Of a stretch of 64,000 bases of DNA, positions 10,042 through 21,900 are shown piece by piece; position 1 is the stretch's first letter, and each line of letters opens with the position of its first letter. The notes beneath the pieces are model-generated. The model was not told where the DNA came from, ran no database searches, and saw only the letters and a list, made by a program, of their open reading frames with translations. Location of the stretch: contig OZ316896.1 in the NCBI GenBank assembly GCA_973895155.1, forward strand, positions 19,704,754-19,768,753, written 5' to 3'. Source of the stretch: Marsupella aquatica (taxonomy: Eukaryota; Plantae; Marchantiophyta). The translations under genes were made by a program, and so were the position numbers.

Positions 10042-12839
10042 ATGGGGCTCCTAACGCAGCTGCAGTCGGAGCTTCCAGTGCAGTACGGAGTGCTGGATTT
10101 ATCTTCTACATCGGAGCAGAAGCAGAAGCTGGGATTGGTCATTGTCGATGAAGTGAACGGCTTCTGCACGGTGGGCGCTGGCAACCTGGTGGGTACTTCA
10201 ACCACTGTACCGGTCTCTGATTTAATTAAATGGTCACTTTCCACAGTCAGCCCTCTTCTTCTTCTCCTCCTCCTCCTGGGATTGCTTCTGCTCTTGCTAA
10301 ACTTGATTGGGTGAATATTGACGGCCCTTAGTTCTTCATTTTGAGTTCCAGCTCCTTTTGAACGATAGGATTTCGTTGCTTAGTAGCCCCTCAATGTTTT
10401 GGGGTGCTAGGGGGGGGGGGGGGGGTGGTCGTTGGCCTTCGAATTCTCCGTGGTCAATTGCGCATACAACGTTCATAAGCGTATCTGGAAGTCTCCAGTG
10501 TTTGAATTTTGTGCGTGTGAACATCTTTTGGGTTCGATTGCTACAGTCTTGCAGTGATGACGATAACCCACGATTGAATGGATGAGTAGGTTCGGAAATG
10601 GATTGTCCGTCTCCTGGGAATATGATAGAATGGAAAACTTGTCAGTGCAGGATTCTGGTAACAGCTGTTGTCAAAGATCCTTGTAATCTTAAACACCTAC
10701 ATTTATGAAGTGGTTGAGGCAAAAGGGAATGCGTCTGATTCTATTGAATTTATCTGTATTTAAACACACACAGAATGGGAAAGATGTTCCAAAAAGTGAT
10801 TGCGTTCTAAACGTTAGAAGCTAGACTCTTGAGGAATTGCTTTTGCGTCGGAATGATTAAAGTGCAATGGGACCAAGCTTCAATAGAAAGCAGACGTGTC
10901 AAGAGAAGCTTGGCGATATTCTTTGGGAAAAGAACGATGAATCGTCATTCTGATGCAGGCTCCACCAGTCCCCAACCTACAAATCTCTGACATGGTTGCC
11001 GAGACTGATCGCGTTGCAAAGCTGTTCAGTCAGCGGGGATTACCAATCTTGGCATTTTTGGACACCCACCACCCTGATAAACCCGAGCCTCCTTATCCAG
11101 AGCACTGCATTATTGGAACCGGCGAAGAAAATCTCGTCCCGGGTATACTTCAACTCCTTCCAGCTACAATGTACTCGAGGAGAAGCATTAGGAATTGTGA
11201 CTAGGCATTTTGGACTTACAGAGGGCACGGCAAAATCATTCAATTGCGATGTTCTGAAGACATTTGTTCTTGTACTGTTGCATCATTTGCTATGTGTGTT
11301 CCTGGCAGCAAAGTGGAGTGCGCCTTTTAAAACAGGTCTGTTGTTGCGTTTTGAAGAGTTGGCTTGGCTGGAGAGCGATAAAAATGCGCAGCTCATGCGT
11401 AAGGACTGCATCAATGGATTCATTGGCGCTTTCAAAGAGGACGGGAGCAATATTGTTGTGGACTGGATCAAGGAGCATCAAATTGAATCCGTAAGAGCAC
11501 TTTGCCGAGTAATAATCCGCCTACCTCTTGCCCTAGAACATGATTACATTTTACCCTTTCAAATGGATCTCTTATTGTATGTGGAGAGTCTATTTGGGTA
11601 AAGTAATCTTCTGGGGTGGAGAGTTGAGGAGAAAAAATCCTCATTTACCTTCGTGTCAAATCTGGCTTAGTGTTATCAGATCAGGCTGCTCCCTTCTTAG
11701 TTTTAGGGGGTTCCAAACAGCTCATGCTTGTATGACAAATGGGGACTCTGTTAGGCTCTTCTGTTAGTCTTATCTGAGCCTAAGATGGTTTCTAGGTGGT
11801 CAAATGATCACATTGACTCACAGCGAAATCTGGACGACCACCCATTTTGCCGCATAAGAGTGTTTGTCCTGAATAAACACACACACACGGGTCTATTTGA
11901 CGCATGCAACTAACCTGCCGATTGTAAATATTTGTCGATGGTTTGTGGTTGGTTGGTTGGTCTTGGGGGTCGTTGCAGTTATTGTTGGTCGGAATCTGCA
12001 CGGACGTATGTGTCTTAGATTTTGTGCTGGCGGTATTGTCTGCAAGGAACCATGGCATGCTTCCTCCTCTGCAGCATGTGTTCATATACAGCAAAGCGTG
12101 TGCAACCTATGAGCTGCCAGCTCAAGTTGCTAGCACCATCGGCGCCATTGCTCATCCTCAGGTACAAATGCACCCTCCCCAAAACCCCCTCAACTTGCTG
12201 GCTGCATAGGTGTTTAATCTTATTTGTCCTCCTTGGAGTGAAAGCTCCTCTGCCTCCAGCTCCTGCTAGTAAAGACAGTTCATAACACGTCTCCGGTGAG
12301 GTAATTTCGTTTCCATAGCAATACCTCTTGGATGCCAAGCTGCTTGACCTCGAGGTGATATTCTAATTGCATACCTCCCAATTGCATAACTTATCTACTT
12401 CGCAGTCACGAGTAAGGTATTGAGTTTTCTAGACCTGCTAATTAAACCTGAGCCGAGCTGTGCTTGGCCACTTTCTCCAGGAAGGTAACTTGGTCAGGAC
12501 CTTTTCAAAATCCTGCTACGAATCCTGTTAATGCGATACATGCTGTGCAATATCCTATGCTTGGGAATCCCATCATAAAATCATTCCTGCTTTCTTCCAT
12601 CCTCTCAGGAATGGGGGCCCTCTACAGTCCTCAGGCTGTGGAAGCAGCACATCAGTAACATGTGCAGGGTGCACGACATTTGAGGTGATTTGGTGCAGAT
12701 CCAGCTTTCTAGATGCCTCTGTTTTGTGCAGGCACTGACGAAGTGTTGTTCCTTTGTGGCTCAGGACTTGACTCACCATGTAGGATTGTACATGGCGACA
12801 ATGAGAGGAGCAAATGTTGTTAGCAGTTTGAGCTTTTGA
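10042..12839 (+). CDS. NIC1: Nicotinamidase / isochorismatase-family hydrolase (5 exons)
   Basis: Exons 10042-10188, 10959-11142, 11357-11490, 11979-12161 and 12765-12839, all GT-AG and in frame. Motifs: VDEVNGFCTVGAGNL, LDTHHPDKPEPPYPEHC, RKDCINGF, GICTDVCV (Asp-Lys-Cys triad). Confidence 0.93.
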
Positions 12840-13077
12840 AAGTCAGAGAGATGACATATGTTTCTGGGCTCTTCGGACCTTTGCAAGACACAGATTCTCA
12901 TTTGGTTCTGAATCTTGGAGAAAGAGAGCCCTTGTGTTGTGAGAGATGTCTCCCAGTAACAATGGACGGCACCAAACAAGCACTGCCAATTGGCATAGTG
13001 CTCAAGTGTGGCATTGTACAAATTTGAATATAGATTGAGGAAGGCCTTACTGTAAGGCGTTTTATCCAAACGAACTA

Positions 13078-13284
<207 letters not shown>

Positions 13285-13307
13285 TTAAAGAAACCTAGCT
13301 TGACATC

Positions 13308-13913
13308 TTACTTGACAGGGTTGTCAAGTTGTCAACTGCTCAATACAGAGCGGTCACTTGTGAATTTCTTGACTAACTGGATGATGTCTTGATGTCTTTC
13401 AGGCTGTCAAGTCGTCGTCCATACTGTCACCAAAACATGAGTACTTGGGGTATTTTCCAAAAACCCAACTTGATGAGTTGATGTCTTACTTGTCAGGGTT
13501 GTCAAGTTGTCAACTGCTCTGAACTGAAATGTCACTTTTGAATTACTTGTGTAATGGGATGATATCTTCCCTACCTAAGGCTGTCATGTCGTCATCCATA
13601 CTTAATCAGATGAGCAATTTCAGTGAATGGTAAGCTTACTGTAACAGTCCATAATAGTTGTCATGAACAACTTGCCAGTCCATCTGGGCGTTACTTTCAA
13701 TTTATTAACGCCAGTTTTCACTGAATCTAACTGAGCTTTTTATGGTGTATGGTCTTTGACCACAATACTTGCATGTTATATTCACAATCATGATAATTTA
13801 AAATAAAATGGCCAAGTCTCAGGGCCTATTTAGGTAACATCAGGCCATGACAACATGACACCTTAGGCAGGGAAGATGTCATCCAGTTACACAAGTAATT
13901 CAAAAGTGACATT
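13308..13913. mobile_element. Foldback/MITE-like element: direct duplication plus inverted copy
   Basis: 13308-13425 is repeated at 13486-13602 (period 178). 13528-13595 is the near reverse complement of 13847-13913. Confidence 0.6.
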
Positions 13914-14323
13914 AGACTCTAAAAGTAACTTCCAGAGGTGGTATTTCCTTTTTGGTTCCGCCCCTGTCGAGCCTCAGTCTTTAATTTAACTAAAAAACAG
14001 ATTTGCCAACTTAACCAAAATGGTCATGAATGGCGGTCATAGAGTGTGAGTGAATGGCTAGACGGTGTAGAGAATTCCAGCAACGACAGACTTGAGAAAC
14101 CAGCAAAGCATGTACACATCCACACAAGAGAGATGTGGGTTCATCTTCATCAACACCACATCCACTAGAATGCAAAAGCTTTACTAAGCTTTGGCCACCA
14201 TAACCACATCCAAGTAAAGCTCCAAGATAATCATCTTGCTCCCTTAATGAGCATAAAGTCCCCAGAAGGAGCACTTCCTTGCCCCTCTATATGCTTATGT
14301 GCTAGGCATTTTAGTTGCGTCTG

Positions 14324-14491
14324 ATCACCATTAAGGCTTAATATCAATTAAACTAAAAGAGTAAACCTTCCAAGGAAAGACTCTAATCACCATTAAGGCT
14401 TAATATCAATTAAACTAAAAGAGTAACCCTTCCAAGGAAAGAGACTAATCACCATTAAGGCTTAATATCAATTAAACTAAACGAGTAACCC
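14324..14491. repeat. 62-bp tandem repeat, about 2.7 copies
   Basis: The unit atcaccattaaggcttaatatcaattaaactaaaagagtaa... starts at 14324, 14386 and 14448. Confidence 0.95.
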
Positions 14492-14544
14492 AAAACTTAA
14501 GAGTTAGCCCTAAAAAAGAGTGGACTCAAAGAGGTTTTATGTTC

Positions 14545-15695
14545 GCCAATCGCCAACTCCATCGAGACACAGCGATGGATGGCATCCGTGGTGGAGTGAG
14601 AATATCTCGACTGAATGAGAGCTTGAAAATCGCGAATCAATCAAGACTGAATGAGGGTTGAATATCGCCAACTCGATCAGGAGAGGGTTGAATGTGGCAG
14701 GAGTGATTGAATACCTCGACTGAATGAGGGATTTTTTTAATACTGCAAACTCGATGAAGACAGTGATGAATGTGGCAAAAGCGGTAGAGAGTGTGAATAT
14801 CTCGACTGAATGAGGGTTGTAATACAGCCAACTCGATCAAGACAGTGATGAATGTGGCAAAAGCGGTAGAGAGTGTGAATATCTCGACTGAATGAGGGTT
14901 GTAATAAAGCCAACTCGATCAAGACAGTGATGAATGTGGCAAAAGCGGTAGAGAGTGTGAATATCTCGACTGAATGAGGGTTTAATACAGCCAACTCGAT
15001 CAAGACAGTGATGAATGTGGCAAAAGCGGTAGAGAGTGTGAATATCTCGACTGAATGAGGGTTTAATACAGCCAACTCGATCAAGACAGTGATGAATGTG
15101 GCAAAAGCGGTAGAGAGTGTGAATATCTCGACTGAATGAGGGTTTAATACAGCGAACTTGATCAAGACTGATGAATGTGGCAACAGCGGTAGAGAGAGTG
15201 TATATCTGGACTGAATGAGGGTTTAATACAGCGAACTTGATCAAGACAGTGATGAATGTGCAACAGCGGTAGAGAGAGTGTATATCTGGACTGAATGAGG
15301 GTTTAATACAGCGAACTTGATCGAGACAGTGATGAATGTGGCAACAGCGGTAGAGAGAGTGTATATCTGGACTGAATGAGGGTTTAGTAAAGCGAACTTG
15401 ATCAAGACAGTGATGAATGTGGCAAAAGCGGCAGAGAGAGTGAATATCTCGACTGAATGAGGGTTTAATATCGCCATCTCGATCAAGACCGTGATGAATG
15501 TGGCAAGAGGGGTAGAGAGAGTGAATATCTCGACTGAATGAATGCTTAATATCGCCGTCTCGATCAAGACGGTCATGAATGTGGCAAGAGTGGTAGAGTG
15601 AGTGAATATCTCGAGTGAATGAGGGTTTAGTATCGCCAACTCGGCCAAGACAGTGAGGAATTGCAAAACGCTAGACTGAATGAGCGAGTTGATCA
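14545..15695. repeat. 81-bp minisatellite, 11 full units with degenerate flanks
   Basis: Units start at 14750, 14832, 14914, 14995, 15076, 15157, 15236, 15316, 15397, 15478, 15559 and 15640 (partial). Consensus: ctcgatcaagacagtgatgaatgtggcaaaagcggtagagagtgtgaatatctcgactgaatgagggtttaatacagccaa. Confidence 0.97.
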
Positions 15696-15878
15696 GCGAG
15701 ATTGTGAGTCTCGTGCTGCCGGTCTGGTTGTTTGTGCTTGAGGTGGAGGAATAGGCAGGAATTGCTGGGAGCGAGCACTAAGCCTTTGAGGGTTTCGAAC
15801 CCTTGAGATTCCACCCACCTCCTGCCTGCGGCGAAACAAAAACAAAAACCGAAAAGGGCGTAGACTCGAGGAGCAATA

Positions 15879-18047
15879 ATGTCTTTGCGTCCGGAGCGGC
15901 AAGCTCCACCAGAGATATTTTACAATGACGCCGAAGCTCGGAAGTACACGACGTCGTCGCGGATGATTGACATCCAGGTGCGGTAGTTGAGGCTCTCGAT
16001 TTTTGGTCGATAAGTGTCACAGTTGAATGGACAGAGATGAGGGTTGAATTTGGTGGGTTTTTCAGTGCCTGGGCCTGTTGTCAAAGCACTTGAATTAGGG
16101 GAGCTTGGAAATTAGGGTTCAACTTTGATCGTGACATTTTTTCGACAGTTCAGTCTTTCTCACCTTTGCAGTGGTTGTTGCAGGCCAAACTTACGGAGAG
16201 GGCTATTGAGCTTCTTGCACTACCAGACGATGGTGTTCCGAGGCTGCTGCTGGACATTGGTGAGTTGAATTACAGAAACTCATCTCTTAAAACCCAGGTC
16301 CCGGTTGGGCTCTTGAACTGGGTCGATCTTTCTGAAGGAACTCACCCTGCGCTTTCGTGCTTGTTGGCAGGATGTGGATCTGGTCTTAGTGGGGAGACAC
16401 TGTCTGAGCACGGGCATCATTGGATTGGAATGGACATATCCGAATCTATGATAAGTGAGTAACGGACCGCAAGCAAAGTGCCAATCTGCATGAATTTAGA
16501 TTTGGTAATGTGAACGAGAATGGTCAATTTCTAAAAGATAGAGAGGAATATGCTCCTAGCCGAAGAGGATTGACAAATTTCACAACTCCTCTGTATGCAA
16601 CAGATATTGCGATTGAAAGGGATCCTGGGGGTGACCTGATGGTATCTGATATTGGCCAAGTGAGTGATTCGAGTTTCGAGACTGGTGCTGTAGCGATTTG
16701 GCGAAATTTCTCTTAACTATCATCAACCTGATTCATCAACTTCATTCATTCGAGCGTTTTTGAGAACGAAAGTTAAGATGAAAATGTTCATCCATCCGTT
16801 CTCATCACGTAGCGACACAGCTCACGAAAGGTGAAGCAGTAATGAACCTCTGTAGGTTTTGAATCACACTTAAAGCATCCTGGTGGTGTGCACAGGGATT
16901 AAATTTTCGGCCAGGTACTCTCGATGGAGCCATTAGCATCTCTGCCGTACAATGGCTTTGTAACGCTGACAAGAGTTGCAATGATCCACGCACTCGCCTT
17001 AAGTACGTAGAAATTTTATCGATTCGTGTGTTTATATGCTCACCACTTGTGGATTTTTAGCCGTCTCCTTTTCAAGTTATTTTCCCTTTTTCTGTTGAAC
17101 CTCTAGCGTCCATATAGGGGGAGCAGAAGCAGGATCTAACTAAAAGTGCTTTTAACAGGGCCTTTTTTTCATCATTGTACAAGTGCCTGGCAAGGGGAGC
17201 GCGTGCAATTTTGCAGATATATCCGGAAAATTCTAAGCAACTGGAGATGATCTCCACCGCTGCCATGCGGACTGGATTTTCAGGAGGATTGGTTGTAGAT
17301 TTTCCGAATAGGTAAGTGGAGAATATCAAACCGTTGAGTGGGTTTGATATTTGGGTATATTTTGTCCTGTGGAGGTTTCTCTCTGGGAACTTCTTTAGAT
17401 TATTCTTTTACTCAGTTAAGTCCGTATTTGTGCAGTTCGAAGGCAAAGAAGTACTTTTTATGTCTAATGTGTGGACCACCAAGTGTAAGCAATGCTCTCC
17501 CCAAAGCGAAAGGCATGGATGGAGAAGATAGTGAAAGCGATGACGAAGATAGCGACGGCGACGAAAATGGCACAGTAAGTATATGCAATCTCGTCCTCCT
17601 TTTTGTTCTATAAATACTCTCTGTAAACCCTAAACCCGTGTGTGTTCCCTAGATGGAGTGATGATTATACTGACTTGACGAAAGTTTTCAAAAGCTCTTG
17701 TTATTGAATACTTTTTTTCCCCAGAGTAGTCTAATTATTCAATACCAGTTAGGGGAGACGCATAGTAGTCCAAGCGTTGTCTTGGAAGAACTCCCCCTGG
17801 CTGGACGAGAAAGCCGGTTGTGCTCTACCCTGCTGTATGTGGTAGAAAGGAGTAGTAACAGAAGTAGTTGGTGTCGCAGGTTGACATGCTTGAGAGAGAG
17901 AGACCAGCGAAAAGGATGAAGCAGAAGTCCAAGATCAAAGGGAGAGCTTGGCTGCTGAAGAAAAAAGAGCAACGACGGCAACGGGGAATGCTTAACGTTC
18001 CTCAAGATACTAAGTATACTGGGCGGAAGAGGAAAACACGTTTCTGA
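15879..18047 (+). CDS. BUD23: 18S rRNA guanine-N7 methyltransferase BUD23/WBSCR22/RID2 (8 exons)
   Basis: Exon 1 (15879-15977) encodes [33 protein letters not shown]. Other motifs: SAM-binding [47 protein letters not shown], and C-terminal [16 protein letters not shown]. Introns are GT-AG. Confidence 0.95.
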
Positions 18048-18963
18048 AAAGTGACTATATTAGATTCTCGTCACTAAGTCTCTGGGTTAGTGATACTGTC
18101 TCTAGGAAAGTTTTGTTAGAATGTGATGCTTTTCTTGCACAAGTGATCATGAGAATCGTGATCGATTGGCATAATATTTAGCGCAGTCCACGGTTTCTTG
18201 TAGATATTAAGTGAGCTGAGTTTTTCATTTGGTGTTTCTTTTGAGGAGTGGAATTGGTTAATTGGAAGCCGCTTGTCAAGTGGAAATCGTAAGTGAGCTC
18301 CAGTATGAGAATAAATGGTGATCCAGGGTTTGAGTAAAGAAGAACCAATCGAAAGCCGTTTTTTTTTACCGTTTTATTGGAACAATCCTAAATCATCCAT
18401 TTTGGTCAACTTGGGGTCTCCTAGGTGACTGCAATGCTCACTAACGCAAATTTCGGTAGACAGAAGGTCACCATTGGGGAAGCATGGTACTGTCTTTCCT
18501 TTATTTTATTCAGATAATTTCAGCATAAATATCTCAGTGCATGAGATGACTCTTGTTCCATCAAATTAAGGTTATAAATCTGAGTCATAACGACCACAAT
18601 TGACAGTACTCCTTATCAACCTTTGAAAATGCCAATTGAGCATGGATCTACCTTCACTCTGATCAATACCATCGCCTCTGCCTATCCAGATGCAACTTTG
18701 GACTACCCTGGTGCGTCGATCTAATTTCCAACTAGGAAAAAGGTCGCCTTGCACGCGTCCACGCAAGCCTGATTGGCATCTGGTCCAGGCAAACGGCCAA
18801 ATAAGAAAAGGAGATGAATCAGGAAGTGAATGAAGTGGGTCAATATCATGGAAGACAAAAAGCAGCTGGATCAGGGGACACACCTCTTCTGATCGTGATA
18901 AGCATGTCTAACCGTAGGCTTCTTCAGTTTCTCTGAGGCCAGCGATACCAATCTCAGCAAGTT

Positions 18964-21900
18964 TTAGGGCCTCCCCCGCTTCACAAAGAAGTGAGGAGCG
19001 ACTTCAGAGAGCCAATCTTGCTCAATAGCAGCAACCTCTCGCATGTACAACTTGTCTGTGACCATAGCTGAGTTGAAAACAATCCATCGTGGGTACACCC
19101 TGCGAGCAGCCCAACACAACCGTTAGTCTGGTCAATCTATTATGAGAAAATTCATACACACGTGAGTTCAGAAAAGTACACCAATAAAAGATGTTAAACA
19201 TTGTCAGAGTCATAATATTTTGCACAACGACTCAATGCACAAACCTGAATAACACAGAAGAAGGATGGATGTACAAATCTTCTCCGCCCCTAACCAGTTT
19301 ATAACGGTCCCCTGAAGGCTGCCATCAGATACACACGGTTCTCGTGAATCCCACGAGTACATGAGTCTTTAAAAACCTTCGAGTTGATCTCACTCATGAT
19401 CTGGAAAACTGACAGAATTGATTGCGTAGACGAAAATAAAAGAAATCCAAAAAATTCTGGAAATTAAGATTTAATATTTGAACCATCTTACTATTAAAGC
19501 ACCAACTCAAGTCTAGTTTTAAGAGACTAGGTCTAGAGTGAAGACTCTAGATCGTAACTCTATGATATCATGTGCATGAAAGAAACTCATCATGTGCATG
19601 AGAGAAACTCATGACATCATCAATGTACATACCAATTTTGCTTGATAATTTCTATATGCATTATGGCCCCACCACAACATATGTGCATTAAAAACTACTC
19701 ATGTGCACATAAAAGAGAAGGGTATATTATATATGACTATTAAAATGATGAATTTTTTTATCATTTCATTAACCTTCAAAGAATATGGATAGAAAATATA
19801 TTTTGATAATTTTTTATTGTACTCTCTACTATTTGCGTTCAAAGAACGGGTAGTCGGGGCTAGTTTACCTGAAGCACGGCACCATGGGAAAAGTATGCTG
19901 ATGTCACGGCCTTCAGAATGGCCTGCGCATTAGATGCATCCAATTCTTCAATTGAGCAGTTGAACTACGGCGGGAGTGCACTCCCAAAGGACACAAATCG
20001 CTGGAACAAAGCAACGGCCTATCAAGATGTCTCTCTCTTGGCCATGCTTATTCTATAAAAGTAAATCAGGGAAAAACGGTCTACAAACCTTTGTTTCTCC
20101 ACCACTGGACTGCAATTTAACACCGATTTTCTTCAAGAGTCTACTGAGCTGCTTTCTCACGTCAGACACTTTCTTCTGTAACGAGGAGAAAACCACAGTT
20201 ACTCCTCCTTTTAAAAAAGTCATATCGAATAAAATAGGGTGGCCACCAAAATTGCTCTTACGTCCGTCAAATGACAGGCTGAAACTCGGCCACTCTCAAG
20301 CCCAGACGTATCGTAGCCACAGAGAAATCCCTCTGATTCAAACATATAAGCAACACCGGCGAAACAAAGACACCAATACCTACAGTCAAAATTAGTAATG
20401 ACCTTCACAATCCTCCTTGTTGAAGGATGCAGCCCACAGAGTTTATGAAGTGACACGCTAAGTCCAGTTGGCGAATAGGTTTCAAAAGTTCCAAAAACCA
20501 ATCATCATCTAATAATGGTACAAACCACATCCCATGACATGGAAAACAGCAAACTCCACATTTAGATGTAGAGGTTTATGTAGGTTGATGTGCACACCAT
20601 AGCTTGAAAGTTGATGAAGTTTTGATGGCACCATTGAGGAGGCTTTTTCGCCTTCTGAAAACCCTCAAAAACATTCAGATAGGATATATGGTCGCCCTGC
20701 AGAGGCCACACGGTTCAATTATACAACCACCGATTATAATAATCTAAAAAAACAAATTTGAAGCACAGGTAGTCTATAAACCAGAAAGCCCGGAAGGTAG
20801 AACAATAAAAAGCTAAGAAGTCGACGAACGCAAATTCCAGAGGATATCTAGACCCTTGAGCAAACGTACAAAGAACACAATTGCTATCTCGGAACCAACT
20901 GAGAGTTTCTTCACGTCACAACAATATTAGTTTAGTGCTCGTAAAAAGCCAAAAGCCCTGACCCGATGTCCTGCATGAATGCAAAAAACTACTCAACTGG
21001 CTGTCGTGAATCCCCATATCGCCTGTAAAGACTGCGACTAGAGTTCTTCAAACTACACAGGTTTGACCTTTAGAAATTAAGAGATGAGCAGGAAGAGGCA
21101 AGAAGCCCGAATTGAATATACCTCTGCAACAGCAAATCTGTTTCTTGCTTCATCGAGAGCTTTTTGCTGATCCCTGCTAGAAACCCAGATTGACTGCAAG
21201 CACAACACAAATCAGGATTGTTTAATTCCGAGTCACTGTCTTACGTAATTAATTCTAACTTCTCATTACTAAGTTGAGAAGTCTGTCATCTCTCTAATAT
21301 TTGCTAGAACTCTCTCCTGAGTCAGATTTCTTTTTTGTAAAGACCTGGCATAGGAACGCCGAGGCAATTAATGAAGTAACGAGCATCTAGGAGTTCTACT
21401 TTGGAGAGAACTTAAAGTACCTGTACAGACATTGTGGCAGCAATGGTGAGGACTTCTTCAGAACAGCCCAGTTCTCCAGAACATAGCAACATTTTCCCTA
21501 CCATGGGGTCCTGTAAAAGTCAATCATCCCTAGTAAACTTACGTCACATAACAGCTTTTCAATAGTGGGTGAGAATGGTCTCTACTTATAGACGAGATTG
21601 AAAGGTAGGGTAAGCGCTGAAAACTTGACTTGAAGAGAACACAGACAACTGAAAAGAAACAAACATTTTTAGAGCAAAATTACCCTCGAACAACCAAGGA
21701 ATCCTCATGCTGACTGGTGCAAATGGACTTGAAATAGATTTTGAAAAACCGCAAACAAGAAGTTCCAGACCACTACATCAGACAGGAGTTCCAATTTCAA
21801 TTATTAAACGTTCAGCCGCATTCTAGCAGGGACGAAACCTAGTGCACCATCGTAAGAACTTACAAGTGGAAATTCAGCAAGTTGGTAACCAACAGGAGTA

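Noticed and set aside
14750-15660. 81-bp array as a CRISPR array or as protein-coding ORFs (14737-15183, 14837-15244, 15241-15666)
   Set aside because: Units are contiguous with no unique spacers, there are no cas genes, and the context is eukaryotic. The ORFs arise because 81 is a multiple of 3, and indel units shift the frame.
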